Positions 31,346 to 41,630 are shown, numbered from the stretch's first letter. The stretch is DNA of 64,000 nucleotides from an uncultured Elusimicrobia bacterium (GCA_963702895.1 OY969767.1:832001-896000), one strand, 5' to 3'. Numbers and translations are program-made. The notes: generated from the sequence alone by a model not told the origin.

Positions 31346-32398
31346 GTGACCCAGCGCATTCGCATCGCGGTTGACGCCATGGGAGGGGACCACGGACCGG
31401 GTCCCAATCTTGAAGGGGCCGTCGAGGCCTCCCGCAGGCTCGGCCATGAGATCCTGCTCGTGGGTTTCCCCGATGTGCTCGAACGAGAGCTCTCGCGCCT
31501 GAGGGCCTCCGATCTGCCGATCCGCATTGTTCCCAGCGATTCGGTGGTGACCATGGAGGACAGCCCGGCTGCGGGCTGCCGCCAAAAGCCGAATTCATCG
31601 ATCATGGTCGCGGCACGGCTTGTGGCGGACAAGCAGGCAGACGCTCTTGTCTCCGCCGGCAACTCCGGAGCCACGATGGCCGCGTCGCTGTGGCATCTTC
31701 GACGATTGCCACACGTGTCGCGCCCGGCGATCACCACCTTTCTCCCCACGCTCACCGGTTTTTGCGCGCTCACAGATGCCGGCGCCAACGTCGACTGCAA
31801 ACCCAAGCATCTGCTGCAATTTGCTCTCATGGGCCGGCAAGTCATGAAGGCGGTCTTTGGGCGGCACACGCCGAAGGTCGGCATCCTTTCCATCGGCGAA
31901 GAGCCGTCCAAGGGCAATGAGCTCACGCTCGCCTCAGCGGAGCTTATGAAAAAGCATGTTCCCAACTTCATCGGCAATGTGGAAGGACGGGACATCCCGA
32001 AGGGCATGGTGGATGTTGTGGTTTGTGACGGCTTTGTCGGCAACGTGGCCCTGAAACTGGCGGAAGGGCTCGCGGAGTCACTGGTGGCCATCATCCGTCG
32101 TGAGACGAAGATTCGTCCCATCGCGATGTTGGGGGGGCTGCTCATGAAGGGGGCTTTTAAGGCGGTCAAGAAAACCACCGACTATGCGGAATACGGCGGC
32201 GCTCCGCTCTTGGGTGTCAACGGCGTCTGCATCATCTGCCACGGCAAGTCGAATAAAAAAGCCATCTACAACGCGATACGCGTGGCCGGCCAATTTGTGC
32301 AATCGAACGTCAACCAGCTCATCCAGGATGAACTGCTCAAGCATCACGCGGATGGCGCCCTCTCCGATGAGCGGCCCAAAGTCCACCTCACGGTCTAG
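31346..32398 (+). CDS. plsX: Phosphate acyltransferase
   Basis: IAVDAMGGD, SAGNSGA, DAGAN, GNVEG, CHGKS. Confidence 0.95.
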   Translation: MTQRIRIAVDAMGGDHGPGPNLEGAVEASRRLGHEILLVGFPDVLERELSRLRASDLPIRIVPSDSVVTMEDSPAAGCRQKPNSSIMVAARLVADKQADALVSAGNSGATMAASLWHLRRLPHVSRPAITTFLPTLTGFCALTDAGANVDCKPKHLLQFALMGRQVMKAVFGRHTPKVGILSIGEEPSKGNELTLASAELMKKHVPNFIGNVEGRDIPKGMVDVVVCDGFVGNVALKLAEGLAESLVAIIRRETKIRPIAMLGGLLMKGAFKAVKKTTDYAEYGGAPLLGVNGVCIICHGKSNKKAIYNAIRVAGQFVQSNVNQLIQDELLKHHADGALSDERPKVHLTV

Positions 32399-32401
32399 TC
32401 C

Positions 32402-33370
32402 ATGCCCACGCTTCAAGCGGTCCACGTCATCGGTACAGGAGCCTATCTTCCGGCGAAGGTGTTGACGAACCACGATCTTGAAAAGATGGTGGACACCTCG
32501 GATGAATGGATCACCACACGCACCGGGATCAAGGAAAGACATATCGCGTCGAAAGATGAAGCCGCCTCGGATATGGCGATCCAGGCCGCGAAACGCGCTC
32601 TGGATGACGCCGGCATCAAGGCGGAGGCGCTGGAACTCATCATCGTGGCGACCGCCACCCCGGACATGTTCTTTCCATCGACCGCTTGTTTTGTCCAACG
32701 AGCACTGGGCCTGCGTGAGGCGGTGAGTTTTGATCTTTCAGCCGCGTGCAGTGGTTTTCTCTACGCGCTGGAAGCAGCCAGGGGAATGATGGCGGTGAGG
32801 GCCTATAAGACGGCGCTTGTGATTGGGACAGAGAAGCTTTCTTGCATTACGGATTGGAAAGACCGCAACACGTGCGTTCTCTTTGGCGACGGCGCGGGAG
32901 CTGCCGTGCTGCAGAAGAGCGCTTCTCCCGGTGGGATCCTGTCCACCTATCTGAGGTCCGACGCGACGCACACGGACATCCTGAATGTGCCGGGCGGGGG
33001 GTCTCGCCAACCCGGGAAGACCCCTTCGATCTATATGGAGGGGAGAGAAGTGTTTAAACTTGCTGTGCATAAAATGGTTTCCGCGGCGGAGAGTGCCTTG
33101 AAGCTAGCGGGGAAGAAAGATACGGATCTGGCTCTTCTCATCCCACACCAGGCGAACCTTCGTATCATCGAGGCCATCGCTCAACGCGTGAACGTTCCAC
33201 GTGATCGCGTGTTTGTGAACGTTGAGAAATATGGCAATATGTCGGCCGCGACCACGATCGTGGCGCTCGATGAGGCCCGTCGACAGGGCCGGATACGCAA
33301 AGGGGACCTCGTGGAACTGATCGCCTTTGGAGCGGGGCTGACGTGGGGAGCTTCCGTCATTCAGTTTTAG
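32402..33370 (+). CDS. fabH: 3-oxoacyl-ACP synthase III
   Basis: AACSGF, FGDGAGA, PHQAN, GNMSAA. Confidence 0.95.
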   Translation: MPTLQAVHVIGTGAYLPAKVLTNHDLEKMVDTSDEWITTRTGIKERHIASKDEAASDMAIQAAKRALDDAGIKAEALELIIVATATPDMFFPSTACFVQRALGLREAVSFDLSAACSGFLYALEAARGMMAVRAYKTALVIGTEKLSCITDWKDRNTCVLFGDGAGAAVLQKSASPGGILSTYLRSDATHTDILNVPGGGSRQPGKTPSIYMEGREVFKLAVHKMVSAAESALKLAGKKDTDLALLIPHQANLRIIEAIAQRVNVPRDRVFVNVEKYGNMSAATTIVALDEARRQGRIRKGDLVELIAFGAGLTWGASVIQF

Positions 33371-33373
33371 CCT

Positions 33374-34330
33374 ATGAGCAAAATCGCCTTTATCTTTCCG
33401 GGTCAGGGATCCCAGTCCGTGGGCATGGGCGTCGCTCTGGCGGGCACCTTTCGCGAAGCTCATCAGGTCTATGAACAGGCCAGCCATATCCTGGGGTGGG
33501 ATCTTCTGGAGGCTTGCAAGAATGGCCCGGAAGATCGGTTAAGGCAGACCGATGTGGCCCAGCCGGCGCTCTATACCTCTGGTTACGCGGCCTTTGCGGT
33601 CCTGCGGTCCATGGGGATCGTCCCCGATGCGGTGGCCGGTCACAGCATCGGGGAGTACGCGGCCCTGGCTGCCGCCGAGGTTTTTGGATTTACCGAGGGA
33701 CTCGATCTCGTTCGAGAGCGTGGCAAGCTGATGGCCGCCGCAGGGTCTGAGCGTCCGGGCGGCATGGCGGCTGTCCTGGGACTTGGTCGTGAGACCTTGG
33801 TCCGGCTTTGCGCCTCGGTTTCCTCCGCCGACCGTCTCTGCGTGCCGGTGAACTATAACAGCCCGGAGCAGATCGTCGTGGCGGGGGACAAGGGCGCCGT
33901 AGAGGCGCTGATCGCAGCGGCTTCCGAGGCCGGGGCCAAGCGCGTTATGGCGCTCAACGTTTCCGGCGCCTTCCACTCGCCGCTCATGGCGGAAGCTGCC
34001 GCACGCATGAGGGCGTTCTTGAGCCGCCTCAGTTTCCGTGACGCCGTTTGCCCTGTGGCCATGAACATCGATGGCCAATGCCGGCAGAAGGGCCCCGCGC
34101 TTCAGTCGGCTTTGGCCCAACAGCTCGATCATTCTGTAGAATGGGTCGAGACTATCGAGCAGCTCAAAGTCATCGGTTGCTCCCACTTTGTGGAATGTGG
34201 ACCCGGAAGGGTTCTCTCGGGGCTCCTGCGCAGGATTGACAAGCAGCTCGATCCCCACTCGACTGAGATGCTCGAGACGCTCGAAGAAGTTCGTCGCACT
34301 TTAGCGACCATACAAAGGGGGACCTCATGA
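33374..34330 (+). CDS. fabD: Malonyl-CoA:ACP transacylase
   Basis: FPGQGSQ, GHSIGE, SGAFHS. Confidence 0.95.
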   Translation: MSKIAFIFPGQGSQSVGMGVALAGTFREAHQVYEQASHILGWDLLEACKNGPEDRLRQTDVAQPALYTSGYAAFAVLRSMGIVPDAVAGHSIGEYAALAAAEVFGFTEGLDLVRERGKLMAAAGSERPGGMAAVLGLGRETLVRLCASVSSADRLCVPVNYNSPEQIVVAGDKGAVEALIAAASEAGAKRVMALNVSGAFHSPLMAEAAARMRAFLSRLSFRDAVCPVAMNIDGQCRQKGPALQSALAQQLDHSVEWVETIEQLKVIGCSHFVECGPGRVLSGLLRRIDKQLDPHSTEMLETLEEVRRTLATIQRGTS

Positions 34331-35070
34331 GACTCCAAGACAAAGTCGCTGTCATTACGGGGGGCGCGCAGGGGATCGGCAAAGCGATCGCGGCGCTCTT
34401 TGCTTCCGAAGGGGCGAAACTCGTGCTTTCGGACATCGATGAGACCCTGGTCCAGGCCACGGCGGCGCAAATCGCGAAAGAACAAAATGTGGAAGCGATC
34501 GGTGTCAAAGGGAACGTTTCGCAGATCGCGGACTGCGAAAAGCTCGTCGAGGCCTCGCTTGACAAGTTTAGTCGAATTGATATACTCATCAACAACGCGG
34601 GTATTACACGCGATAATTTATTGATGCGAATGAGCGATGATGAGTGGGATGCCGTCATCGCTGTTAATTTAAAAGGGGTCTTTAACTGTACGAAGGCGGC
34701 GATACGTCCCATGATGAAGGCCAGGCAAGGCCGCATCGTCAACATCGCTTCCGTTGTAGGGCAGATGGGTAACGCGGGCCAGGCCAATTACTCCGCTTCC
34801 AAAGGCGGCGTGATCAGCCTAACCAAAACGTGCGCAAGAGAGTTCGCCTCGCGCCATATTCTAGTCAACGCCATCGCCCCTGGTTTTATTCGTACCCGAA
34901 TGACCGATGCCTTAAACGAGGAGCAGAAGAAGAAGTTGCTGGAGCTCATTCCTCTGGGGCGTCTCGGTGAGCCGGAAGATATCGCGAAGGTCGCTTTGTT
35001 TCTGTGTTCGGAGGAGTCTTCCTATATAACAGGGCACGTCGTGTCCGTAAACGGTGGGATGTACATCTAG
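34327..35070 (+). CDS. fabG: 3-oxoacyl-ACP reductase
   Basis: TGGAQGIG, NNAGITRD, YSASK. Confidence 0.95.
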   Translation: MRLQDKVAVITGGAQGIGKAIAALFASEGAKLVLSDIDETLVQATAAQIAKEQNVEAIGVKGNVSQIADCEKLVEASLDKFSRIDILINNAGITRDNLLMRMSDDEWDAVIAVNLKGVFNCTKAAIRPMMKARQGRIVNIASVVGQMGNAGQANYSASKGGVISLTKTCAREFASRHILVNAIAPGFIRTRMTDALNEEQKKKLLELIPLGRLGEPEDIAKVALFLCSEESSYITGHVVSVNGGMYI

Positions 35071-35085
35071 CTAAGGAGGGTTTGT

Positions 35086-35334
35086 ATGGCGCAAGTCCAA
35101 GATGTCGAAGCACGCGTGAAAGAAATTATTGTGGAGCAATTAGGCGTGGATGCCTCGGAAGTCACTCTCCAGGCGTCTTTCGTCAATGATCTTGGTGCAG
35201 ATTCTCTGGATACGGTCGAACTTGTGATGGCGCTTGAGGAAGAATTCGATATCGAAATCCCTGACGAAGAAGCCGAGAAGATCCAATCGGTTGGTCAGGC
35301 GGTTGACTATATCAAAGCCCACATGAAGAAGTAA
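35086..35334 (+). CDS. acpP: Acyl carrier protein
   Basis: [12 protein letters not shown]. Confidence 0.97.
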   Translation: MAQVQDVEARVKEIIVEQLGVDASEVTLQASFVNDLGADSLDTVELVMALEEEFDIEIPDEEAEKIQSVGQAVDYIKAHMKK

Positions 35335-35398
35335 GCCGTCCAATCCTTTCCCATCGGATGCCTGGCGCCTGCCAGGCACTTCCGTTTATAAAATCGAA

Positions 35399-36640
35399 AT
35401 GAAACAGCGCGTTGTGATCACCGGCATGGGGGTTGTTACCCCTATTGGTATTGGCCTGGAAGTCTTTTGGGACTCGCTCCTGAAGGGTCGTAGCGGAGTG
35501 GGCAAGCTGACTTTCTTTGATACCACCGACTATACCAGCAAAATTGACGCCGAAGTCAAAAACTTCGAGCCCGAGAAGTATATTGATAAAAAGACGATCC
35601 GGCGGATGGACCGGTTCACCCAATTCGCGCTTGCGGCGGCCGACATGGCCGTTCGTGATGCCGGCCTGGATACCGGCACGGTCCCTCCCGAGCGCGTGGG
35701 GGTGATCGTCGGGTCGGGGATTGGCGGTCTTTCCACGATTGAAGAAGAGCACACGGTCTTGCGCGAGCGTGGCGCTCGACGCGTCAGCCCCTTTCTCATC
35801 CCTCGCCTCATTTCCAACATCGCCCCAGGCGAAATCGCGATTCGCTGGGGTTTTACAGGTCCCAATTATGCTGTTTCCAGCGCCTGCGCGACGTCCAACC
35901 ACGCGATCGGAGATTCCTTGCGCATGCTTCGTTACGGGGATGCCGATGTGATTGTGGCGGGCGGAACGGAAGCAGCGATCACGCCACTCGGTTTTGCGGG
36001 TTTTTGTTCCGCCCGGGCGCTTTCGACGCGCAACGATGATCCTGAGCACGCCTCACGCCCATTCGATAAAGACCGTGACGGGTTTATCATGGGAGAAGGC
36101 GCGGGCGTGGTGGTGCTGGAGACGCTCGAGCATGCCCAGAAAAGAGGAGCCAAAATATACGCGGAGCTCTCCGGCTATGGGGCAACCGATGACGCCTATC
36201 ACATCACCTCCCCCAACCCCGACGCCACGGCTGCCGTGGAGGCCATGCGCAGGGCACTGAAGGATGCCGAGCTTTCTCCCCACCAGATCCAGTATGTGAA
36301 CGCGCACGGGACCTCCACCTTGTTGAACGATAAAACCGAAACCAAGGCGATCAAGGCGGTTTTCGGAGAGCACGCCCGAAAGCTCGCCATCTCCTCGACC
36401 AAGTCCATGACGGGGCATCTCCTGGGCGCGGCGGGCGTGGTCGAGCTGGTGGCCACCGTCCTTTGCATGCGTCATAAGATGGTCCATCCTACGATCAACT
36501 ACGTGACGCCGGACCCGGAATGTGATCTGGACTATGTTCCGAACACAGCTCGTCCCATGGAGATCAACGCCGCGCTGTCCAATTCCTTAGGTTTTGGCGG
36601 TCACAACGCGGTTTTGGTGGTCAAGAAGTATGTCGCGTAG
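35399..36640 (+). CDS. fabF: 3-oxoacyl-ACP synthase II
   Basis: SACAT, NAHGTST, KSMTGH, GFGGHN. Confidence 0.95.
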   Translation: MKQRVVITGMGVVTPIGIGLEVFWDSLLKGRSGVGKLTFFDTTDYTSKIDAEVKNFEPEKYIDKKTIRRMDRFTQFALAAADMAVRDAGLDTGTVPPERVGVIVGSGIGGLSTIEEEHTVLRERGARRVSPFLIPRLISNIAPGEIAIRWGFTGPNYAVSSACATSNHAIGDSLRMLRYGDADVIVAGGTEAAITPLGFAGFCSARALSTRNDDPEHASRPFDKDRDGFIMGEGAGVVVLETLEHAQKRGAKIYAELSGYGATDDAYHITSPNPDATAAVEAMRRALKDAELSPHQIQYVNAHGTSTLLNDKTETKAIKAVFGEHARKLAISSTKSMTGHLLGAAGVVELVATVLCMRHKMVHPTINYVTPDPECDLDYVPNTARPMEINAALSNSLGFGGHNAVLVVKKYVA

Positions 36641-37316
36641 CGCCGCTAAAACGGACAAGCTTGAAAAGATTTTAGGCGTCAAGTTCAAGAGCTCGGCTCT
36701 TTTCGAGGAAGCGCTCACGCACAAGTCCTTCGCGATGGAGCAGGGGGGGACGGTTCCCTTCAATGAGCGGCTCGAGTTTTTGGGTGACAGCGTCCTTTCA
36801 GCCGTCGTCGCCCACTATTTGTTCGCGAAGTTCCCTGATGTGGATGAAGGGCGACTGTCTCAGCTGAAATCGATGCTCGTCTCGCGGCCGAGCCTGACGG
36901 CGTGGGGCAAGCAGATCAAGCTCGGGGCTTATCTGCGCTTAAGCGAAGGGGAGGTCTCGACGGGCGGCCGCGAGCGTGACTCGATCGTGGGCAACGCCAT
37001 GGAAGCGGTCCTCGGCGCCATGTATCTTGAGGCTGGCTTTGAGAAGACGCGCGCGTTTATTGACACGCTGCTTAGCAAGCGCAAGCGTTTGGTCACAAGC
37101 GATTACAAGAGTCGATTGCAGGAATGGGCGCAGAAAAAGTATAAAGTCCCACCCAGCTACACCGTCAGCCGCAGTTTTGGACCTGACCACGCGAAGACCT
37201 TTGAGATGTCGGTATCACTTGGGAGTGACGTCCTCGGCGAGGGATCGGGAAAAAGCAAGAAAGAGGCAGAGCAAGCCGCTGCCAGAAACGCTCTCAAGCG
37301 TATTAAAGACGACTAG
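36630..37316 (+). CDS. rnc: Ribonuclease III
   Basis: NERLEFLGDSVL; dsRBD DYKSRLQE...SKKEAEQ. Confidence 0.95.
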   Translation: MSRSAAKTDKLEKILGVKFKSSALFEEALTHKSFAMEQGGTVPFNERLEFLGDSVLSAVVAHYLFAKFPDVDEGRLSQLKSMLVSRPSLTAWGKQIKLGAYLRLSEGEVSTGGRERDSIVGNAMEAVLGAMYLEAGFEKTRAFIDTLLSKRKRLVTSDYKSRLQEWAQKKYKVPPSYTVSRSFGPDHAKTFEMSVSLGSDVLGEGSGKSKKEAEQAAARNALKRIKDD

Positions 37317-37318
37317 AG

Positions 37319-37374
37319 GTCATGCCGGCGCAAGCCGGCATCCAGGACTGGACCCCGGCTTTCGCCGGGGTGAC
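37319..37374. repeat. Double-hairpin palindromic repeat (dRS3/REP-like core)
   Basis: GTCATGCCGGCGCAAGCCGGCATCCAG-GA-CTGGACCCCGGCTTTCGCCGGGGTGAC. Confidence 0.75.
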
Positions 37375-37390
37375 ACCAAGCGAGGATTCT

Positions 37391-38563
37391 ATGGATTACG
37401 AACTGACCGAAGAACAGCAGGCGATTGTCGAGACGGCACGCGAGATCGCTCAGAAGAAAATCAAAAAGGTCCGTGAGCATTACGACAAGACGGAAGAATA
37501 TCCGTGGGAAATCGTCGAAGAGCTCCGCAAGGCCGACCTTTGTGGCGTCTACATCCCCCAGGAGTATGGAGGATTGGGCGGCGGTGTGATGGAGCTGGTG
37601 CTGGTCGTCGAAGAGCTCTCCAAGGCCTGCGGCGGGATTGCGCTCTGTGTCGCCGCCACAGCGCTCGGCGCCTATCCCATCCTTCTCTACGGCAGTGAAG
37701 AGCAGAAGAAAAAATATCTTCCCGACATCGCCTCGGGCAAGAAATTAGCCGCTTTTACCATTACCGAGCCGGAAGCGGGCTCGGATGCGACGGCGGCCAA
37801 ATCCACGGCGAAGCTTGAAGGCAACCACTATGTGCTGAACGGCACCAAATCCTACTGCTCAAACGGCAAAGCGGCCGAGATCTATTCCCTCTTTTTTACA
37901 ACCAACCCGGCCCGTGGGGCCCGCGGCGTGTCCTGCTTTGTCGTTGAGAAAGGGACGCCAGGGTTCGAGTTCGGCCGCAAAGAAGAAAAGATGGGCATTC
38001 GCGCCAATTGGACGTATCAGCTCGAATTCAACAACTGCAAGATCCCGAAGGAAAACCTCCTGGGCGGCGAAGGAAGGGGCTTGCTCGTCGCACAAACCAC
38101 GTTTGATATCTCCCGGCCGGGTGTCGCCGCCCAGGCGCTGGGGATCGCGCAAGGGGCCATGGATGAGGCCTTTGCCTATGCGCGTGTTCGGCGGCAGTTC
38201 GGCCAGCCGGTGATCAGCTTCCAGGCCATGCAGCATAAGCTCGCCAATATGGCCATGGAAATTGAGGCCGCTCGTGCGCTCCTCTACTGCGTGACGCGGG
38301 CCCTCGCGAAAGGCGGGGACAAACGATTCACCAAAGAATCGGCGATGGTCAAATGTTTCTGCTCGGACGTGGCCATGCGTGTCACCACCGAAGCGGTCCA
38401 GATGTGCGGCGGCATCGGGTACATGCATGATTTCCCGGTCGAAAAATATATGCGAGATGCCAAGATTACTCAGATTTACGAAGGCACGAACGAAATCCAG
38501 CGCAATGAGATCGCCATGCACATGATCAAGGAAGCCGCGCGCGAAGGACTGGGGAAAAAATAA
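37391..38563 (+). CDS. Acyl-CoA dehydrogenase (butyryl-CoA dehydrogenase-like)
   Basis: TEPEAGSD, KMGIR, RRQFG, GGIGY, IYEGTNEIQR; start after GAGGA. Confidence 0.92.
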   Translation: MDYELTEEQQAIVETAREIAQKKIKKVREHYDKTEEYPWEIVEELRKADLCGVYIPQEYGGLGGGVMELVLVVEELSKACGGIALCVAATALGAYPILLYGSEEQKKKYLPDIASGKKLAAFTITEPEAGSDATAAKSTAKLEGNHYVLNGTKSYCSNGKAAEIYSLFFTTNPARGARGVSCFVVEKGTPGFEFGRKEEKMGIRANWTYQLEFNNCKIPKENLLGGEGRGLLVAQTTFDISRPGVAAQALGIAQGAMDEAFAYARVRRQFGQPVISFQAMQHKLANMAMEIEAARALLYCVTRALAKGGDKRFTKESAMVKCFCSDVAMRVTTEAVQMCGGIGYMHDFPVEKYMRDAKITQIYEGTNEIQRNEIAMHMIKEAAREGLGKK

Positions 38564-39366
38564 TGCACATTGTTGTCTGCATCAAGCAAACCCCGGCCAC
38601 CTCCAACATTCAAATTGATTCGAAAACAGGGACACTCAAGCGCGAAGGGATGGCCGCCGCGATCAATCCCTTTGATGAATATGGGATTGAAGAGGCCGTC
38701 CGCATTAAGGAAAAACTACCCGGGTCCACCGTTTCGGTGGTCACCATGGGGCCCCCCCAGGCCGATGAGGCATTACGTGACGCCATCGCGCGGGGCTGTG
38801 ACGACGCCTATCATGTGACCGACCGGGCGTTTGCCGGGGCCGACACCTGGGCCACCTCCTACACGCTGCAAATGGCCATTCGGAAGATCGGCAACATCAA
38901 GAAACCCGTCGATTTGATCCTCTGCGGAAAACAAACCAATGACGGAGACACCGGCCACGTGGGGCCGGGCATTGCGGCCTGGCTGGACATCCCTAATTGC
39001 GCCTACGTCTGTAAGGTCGAAGAAGTCCAAGAGGGGTCCCTGACGGTACGGCGCATGATGGAAGACGGCTATGATGTCTTGGAGCTGCCCACGCCATGCC
39101 TGATCTCCGTGGTCAAGGAAATTAACGAGCCGCGTCTGGCGTCACTCAAAGGGAAGCTCGCGGCGAAAAAAGCCGTGATCCCGAAATGGGACGCGGCCGC
39201 CATCGAAGCCGACCCGGCGAAGATCGGCCTTTCCGGTTCGCCGACCATCGTGGCCAAGAGCTTTAATCCTCCCCCGCGCAAAGGCGGCGAGCGCGTGGAT
39301 GGCGCGACCCCTGAAGAAAAAGCCAAGAAGCTGGTCGTGCGCCTGCGCGAACTCAAGGTGATTTAA
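38563..39366 (+). CDS. etfB: Electron transfer flavoprotein beta subunit
   Basis: VCIKQ, INPFD, FAGADT.ATS, CGKQT.DGDTGHVG, INEPR. Confidence 0.94.
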   Translation: MHIVVCIKQTPATSNIQIDSKTGTLKREGMAAAINPFDEYGIEEAVRIKEKLPGSTVSVVTMGPPQADEALRDAIARGCDDAYHVTDRAFAGADTWATSYTLQMAIRKIGNIKKPVDLILCGKQTNDGDTGHVGPGIAAWLDIPNCAYVCKVEEVQEGSLTVRRMMEDGYDVLELPTPCLISVVKEINEPRLASLKGKLAAKKAVIPKWDAAAIEADPAKIGLSGSPTIVAKSFNPPPRKGGERVDGATPEEKAKKLVVRLRELKVI

Positions 39367-39369
39367 CCC

Positions 39370-40653
39370 ATGCCCAATCGCATCTTCGTCAAAAACGATC
39401 GCTGTACCGGTTGCTCGGCCTGCGCCAAAGTTTGCCCGGTGACCTGTATTGATATGGTGGACCGTCCCGCGGAGGACAAAGCCAAGGGCGTGAAATGGCC
39501 GAAGCTCGCGGTGATCGATGAGGTGAAATGCATTTTCTGTGGCGCCTGCGTCGAAGTTTGCAACAAGCTCGGGGAAAAGGCCAACAAGCCGGACCTCTTC
39601 TACGCGATCGTCATGGAGAAAGAAACAGTGGTCTCCGCTGCTCCGGTGGCGGATCCCTCTCTCTACAAAGGCGTCTGGTGCTACGCCGAAGTGCGGCACG
39701 GAAAACTCGTCCCCACGATTTTTGAGCTCCTCACCGTCGCTTCGAAGCTCAACGCCGAGCTTAAAGAAGAAATCGCCGCTGTGTTAATCGGGTCCGGGGT
39801 CGAGCCGTACGCGCAGCAAATCATTGAACACGGCGCAGACAAAGTCTACGTGATTGATCACCCCCTCTTAGAGAACTTTGTGGATGAGGCCTATGGTTTC
39901 GCGCTGACCGACCTCATCAAGCAGGAAAAGCCCAATAAGCTGCTTCTTCCGGCTTCGACCATTGGCCGTTCTTTTGCCTCCCGTGTGGCGATCACCGCCA
40001 ATACCGGCATCACAGCGGATGCGACCGAATTTGACATTGATCCCAAAACGCGCATGATGCACGCGACGAGGCCCTCTTTTGGCGGCAATCTCATGGCGAC
40101 CATTCTTTGCGAAAAACACCGCCCGGAAATGGCGACGGTGCGCCCCATGTCGTTTGCGCGCGCGCCGCGCGTGGCGGGCCGCCAGGGCAAGATCGTGAAA
40201 GTGTCCGTCGACCCCACCCAATGGAAGATCAAGGCCAAGTTTAAGCAGTACGTCCCCGAGGAGTCGAAGCAAGTGGACATCACGTCCGCGGAACGTATTG
40301 TCGCGGGGGGCCTAGGGCTGGGGAAAGCGGATGGATTTAAGCTCATGGAAGAACTCGCCAGCACCCTGGGCGCGGCGGTGGGTGCGAGTCGAGCGGTTGT
40401 CGACAAAGGGTGGATTGCCTACCGGCATCAGGTGGGTCTGACCGGCAGGACCGTCCGACCGAAACTCTACATCGCCTGCGGCATTTCGGGGGCCATTCAG
40501 CATCTCGCGGGCATGGGCTCCTCCGAATTTATTGTGGCGATCAACAAAGACCCCCAGGCCCCCATCATGTCGGTCGCCAATCTTGCCATCGAAGGGGATG
40601 TGAACGAAGTCGTCCCCGCCCTCATTAAAGAACTCAAAGCCCTGAAAAGTTAG
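39370..40653 (+). CDS. etfA: Electron transfer flavoprotein alpha subunit with N-terminal 2[4Fe-4S] ferredoxin
   Basis: CTGCSACAKVCP, CIFCGACVEVC; TRPSFGGN, GASRA, QVGLTG, GISGAIQH. Confidence 0.93.
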   Translation: MPNRIFVKNDRCTGCSACAKVCPVTCIDMVDRPAEDKAKGVKWPKLAVIDEVKCIFCGACVEVCNKLGEKANKPDLFYAIVMEKETVVSAAPVADPSLYKGVWCYAEVRHGKLVPTIFELLTVASKLNAELKEEIAAVLIGSGVEPYAQQIIEHGADKVYVIDHPLLENFVDEAYGFALTDLIKQEKPNKLLLPASTIGRSFASRVAITANTGITADATEFDIDPKTRMMHATRPSFGGNLMATILCEKHRPEMATVRPMSFARAPRVAGRQGKIVKVSVDPTQWKIKAKFKQYVPEESKQVDITSAERIVAGGLGLGKADGFKLMEELASTLGAAVGASRAVVDKGWIAYRHQVGLTGRTVRPKLYIACGISGAIQHLAGMGSSEFIVAINKDPQAPIMSVANLAIEGDVNEVVPALIKELKALKS

Positions 40654-40850
40654 CCGGAAATCTTCGGTTCATTTTGCCTCATCTTCTGAACTCGATGCAC
40701 TTTTTTGTGCCGTCACCCCGGCGAAAGCCGGCCCTCCAGACGTCCGGCGGGCCGGGTCGCCGGACTTGTGGAGACCCGGGGTCCAGTTCAACGACGATGG
40801 ACTGGATCCCGGTTTTCACCGGGATGACGATAACTGCAGATTCCCGGTTA
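40651..40850 (-). mobile_element. MITE-like element, copy 1 (inverted, divergent, with nested insert)
   Basis: Ends TAGCCGGAAA...TTCCCGGTTA; reverse complement shares TAACCGGGAATCTGCAGTT and GTGACGGCACAAAAAAG with copies 2 and 3. Confidence 0.7.
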
Positions 40851-40868
40851 GGAATTGGGGCCTTGGGC

Positions 40869-41630
40869 TCAGAATTTCCAGACGCTTTCTGGCAGGTTCT
40901 CCAGCTTGCTCTCCGATATGAAATCATCGACTTCGAAACGGTTGCCCGTCCAACGATAAGCGGCATACTCGCTCTCGTTTCCACCGGAGGATGTTTTGAA
41001 GAGAAGCATTTCTTTCGTCCCCTGAAGAGCATCAAAGCCCAATTGAAACACCCCTCGGTTCCTGGGGCTTGTCCAGACGCTCTTCGGTCGGTTGGAAAGA
41101 CCTTGGCGGGGGATCTCATAAAGGGTTGCAGATTGCTGTTTGCCGCGTGAGCCACCCGGCGAGGTGCCGAGAATCAGCAGGAAGGACCTCCCCATTTTCG
41201 GAAGCTCAACCAGATGGACTTCTTCTTCGGCGGCGTAGCCCGCGGTGAGGCTCAAGGCGCGCTGGAGCGTATCGTGTAAGAGATAGGTCACCCCGCTCAT
41301 GGGACTTCGTTCGGGCTGCTGATACTGCATGCAAGTGACGACCAGGAAGGGCGCGTGCCCGCCTGTGGTGCGTGTGTCGAAAGCGATGTCGTCTCCCAAG
41401 CGGACCCACATGGCGCCTCGCGAGAAAAAATAACGCCGGCCCGTTGGGTCTGTGCGCGCCTGAGACACGGGGCCGACATGCCCTGGAAATATCCGGTCCA
41501 AGATTTTCTGCTGTGTCTCGGGGTTTTGGAAGGAGTTCGCCCAGCTCTCGAGCGTATCGGCCATGGCCATCGCCGGCAAGCCAACCGCCAAAACGAGCCA
41601 AACCAGGACCCAGCGCTGCGGGGAAATCAT
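40869..41630 (-). CDS. Hypothetical exported protein
   Basis: Signal peptide (AMA-D); 253-aa ORF with TAGAAT 6 nt upstream. Confidence 0.7.
   Translation of the reverse strand: MISPQRWVLVWLVLAVGLPAMAMADTLESWANSFQNPETQQKILDRIFPGHVGPVSQARTDPTGRRYFFSRGAMWVRLGDDIAFDTRTTGGHAPFLVVTCMQYQQPERSPMSGVTYLLHDTLQRALSLTAGYAAEEEVHLVELPKMGRSFLLILGTSPGGSRGKQQSATLYEIPRQGLSNRPKSVWTSPRNRGVFQLGFDALQGTKEMLLFKTSSGGNESEYAAYRWTGNRFEVDDFISESKLENLPESVWKF

Noticed and set aside
37322..37390. N-terminal extension of the acyl-CoA dehydrogenase (MPAQAGIQDWTPAFAGVT)
   Set aside because: It is the translation of the palindromic repeat; the real start is 37391
40674..41155. Two 158-aa ORFs on opposite strands
   Set aside because: Translations of the MITE plus alternative frames of the 40869-41630 gene
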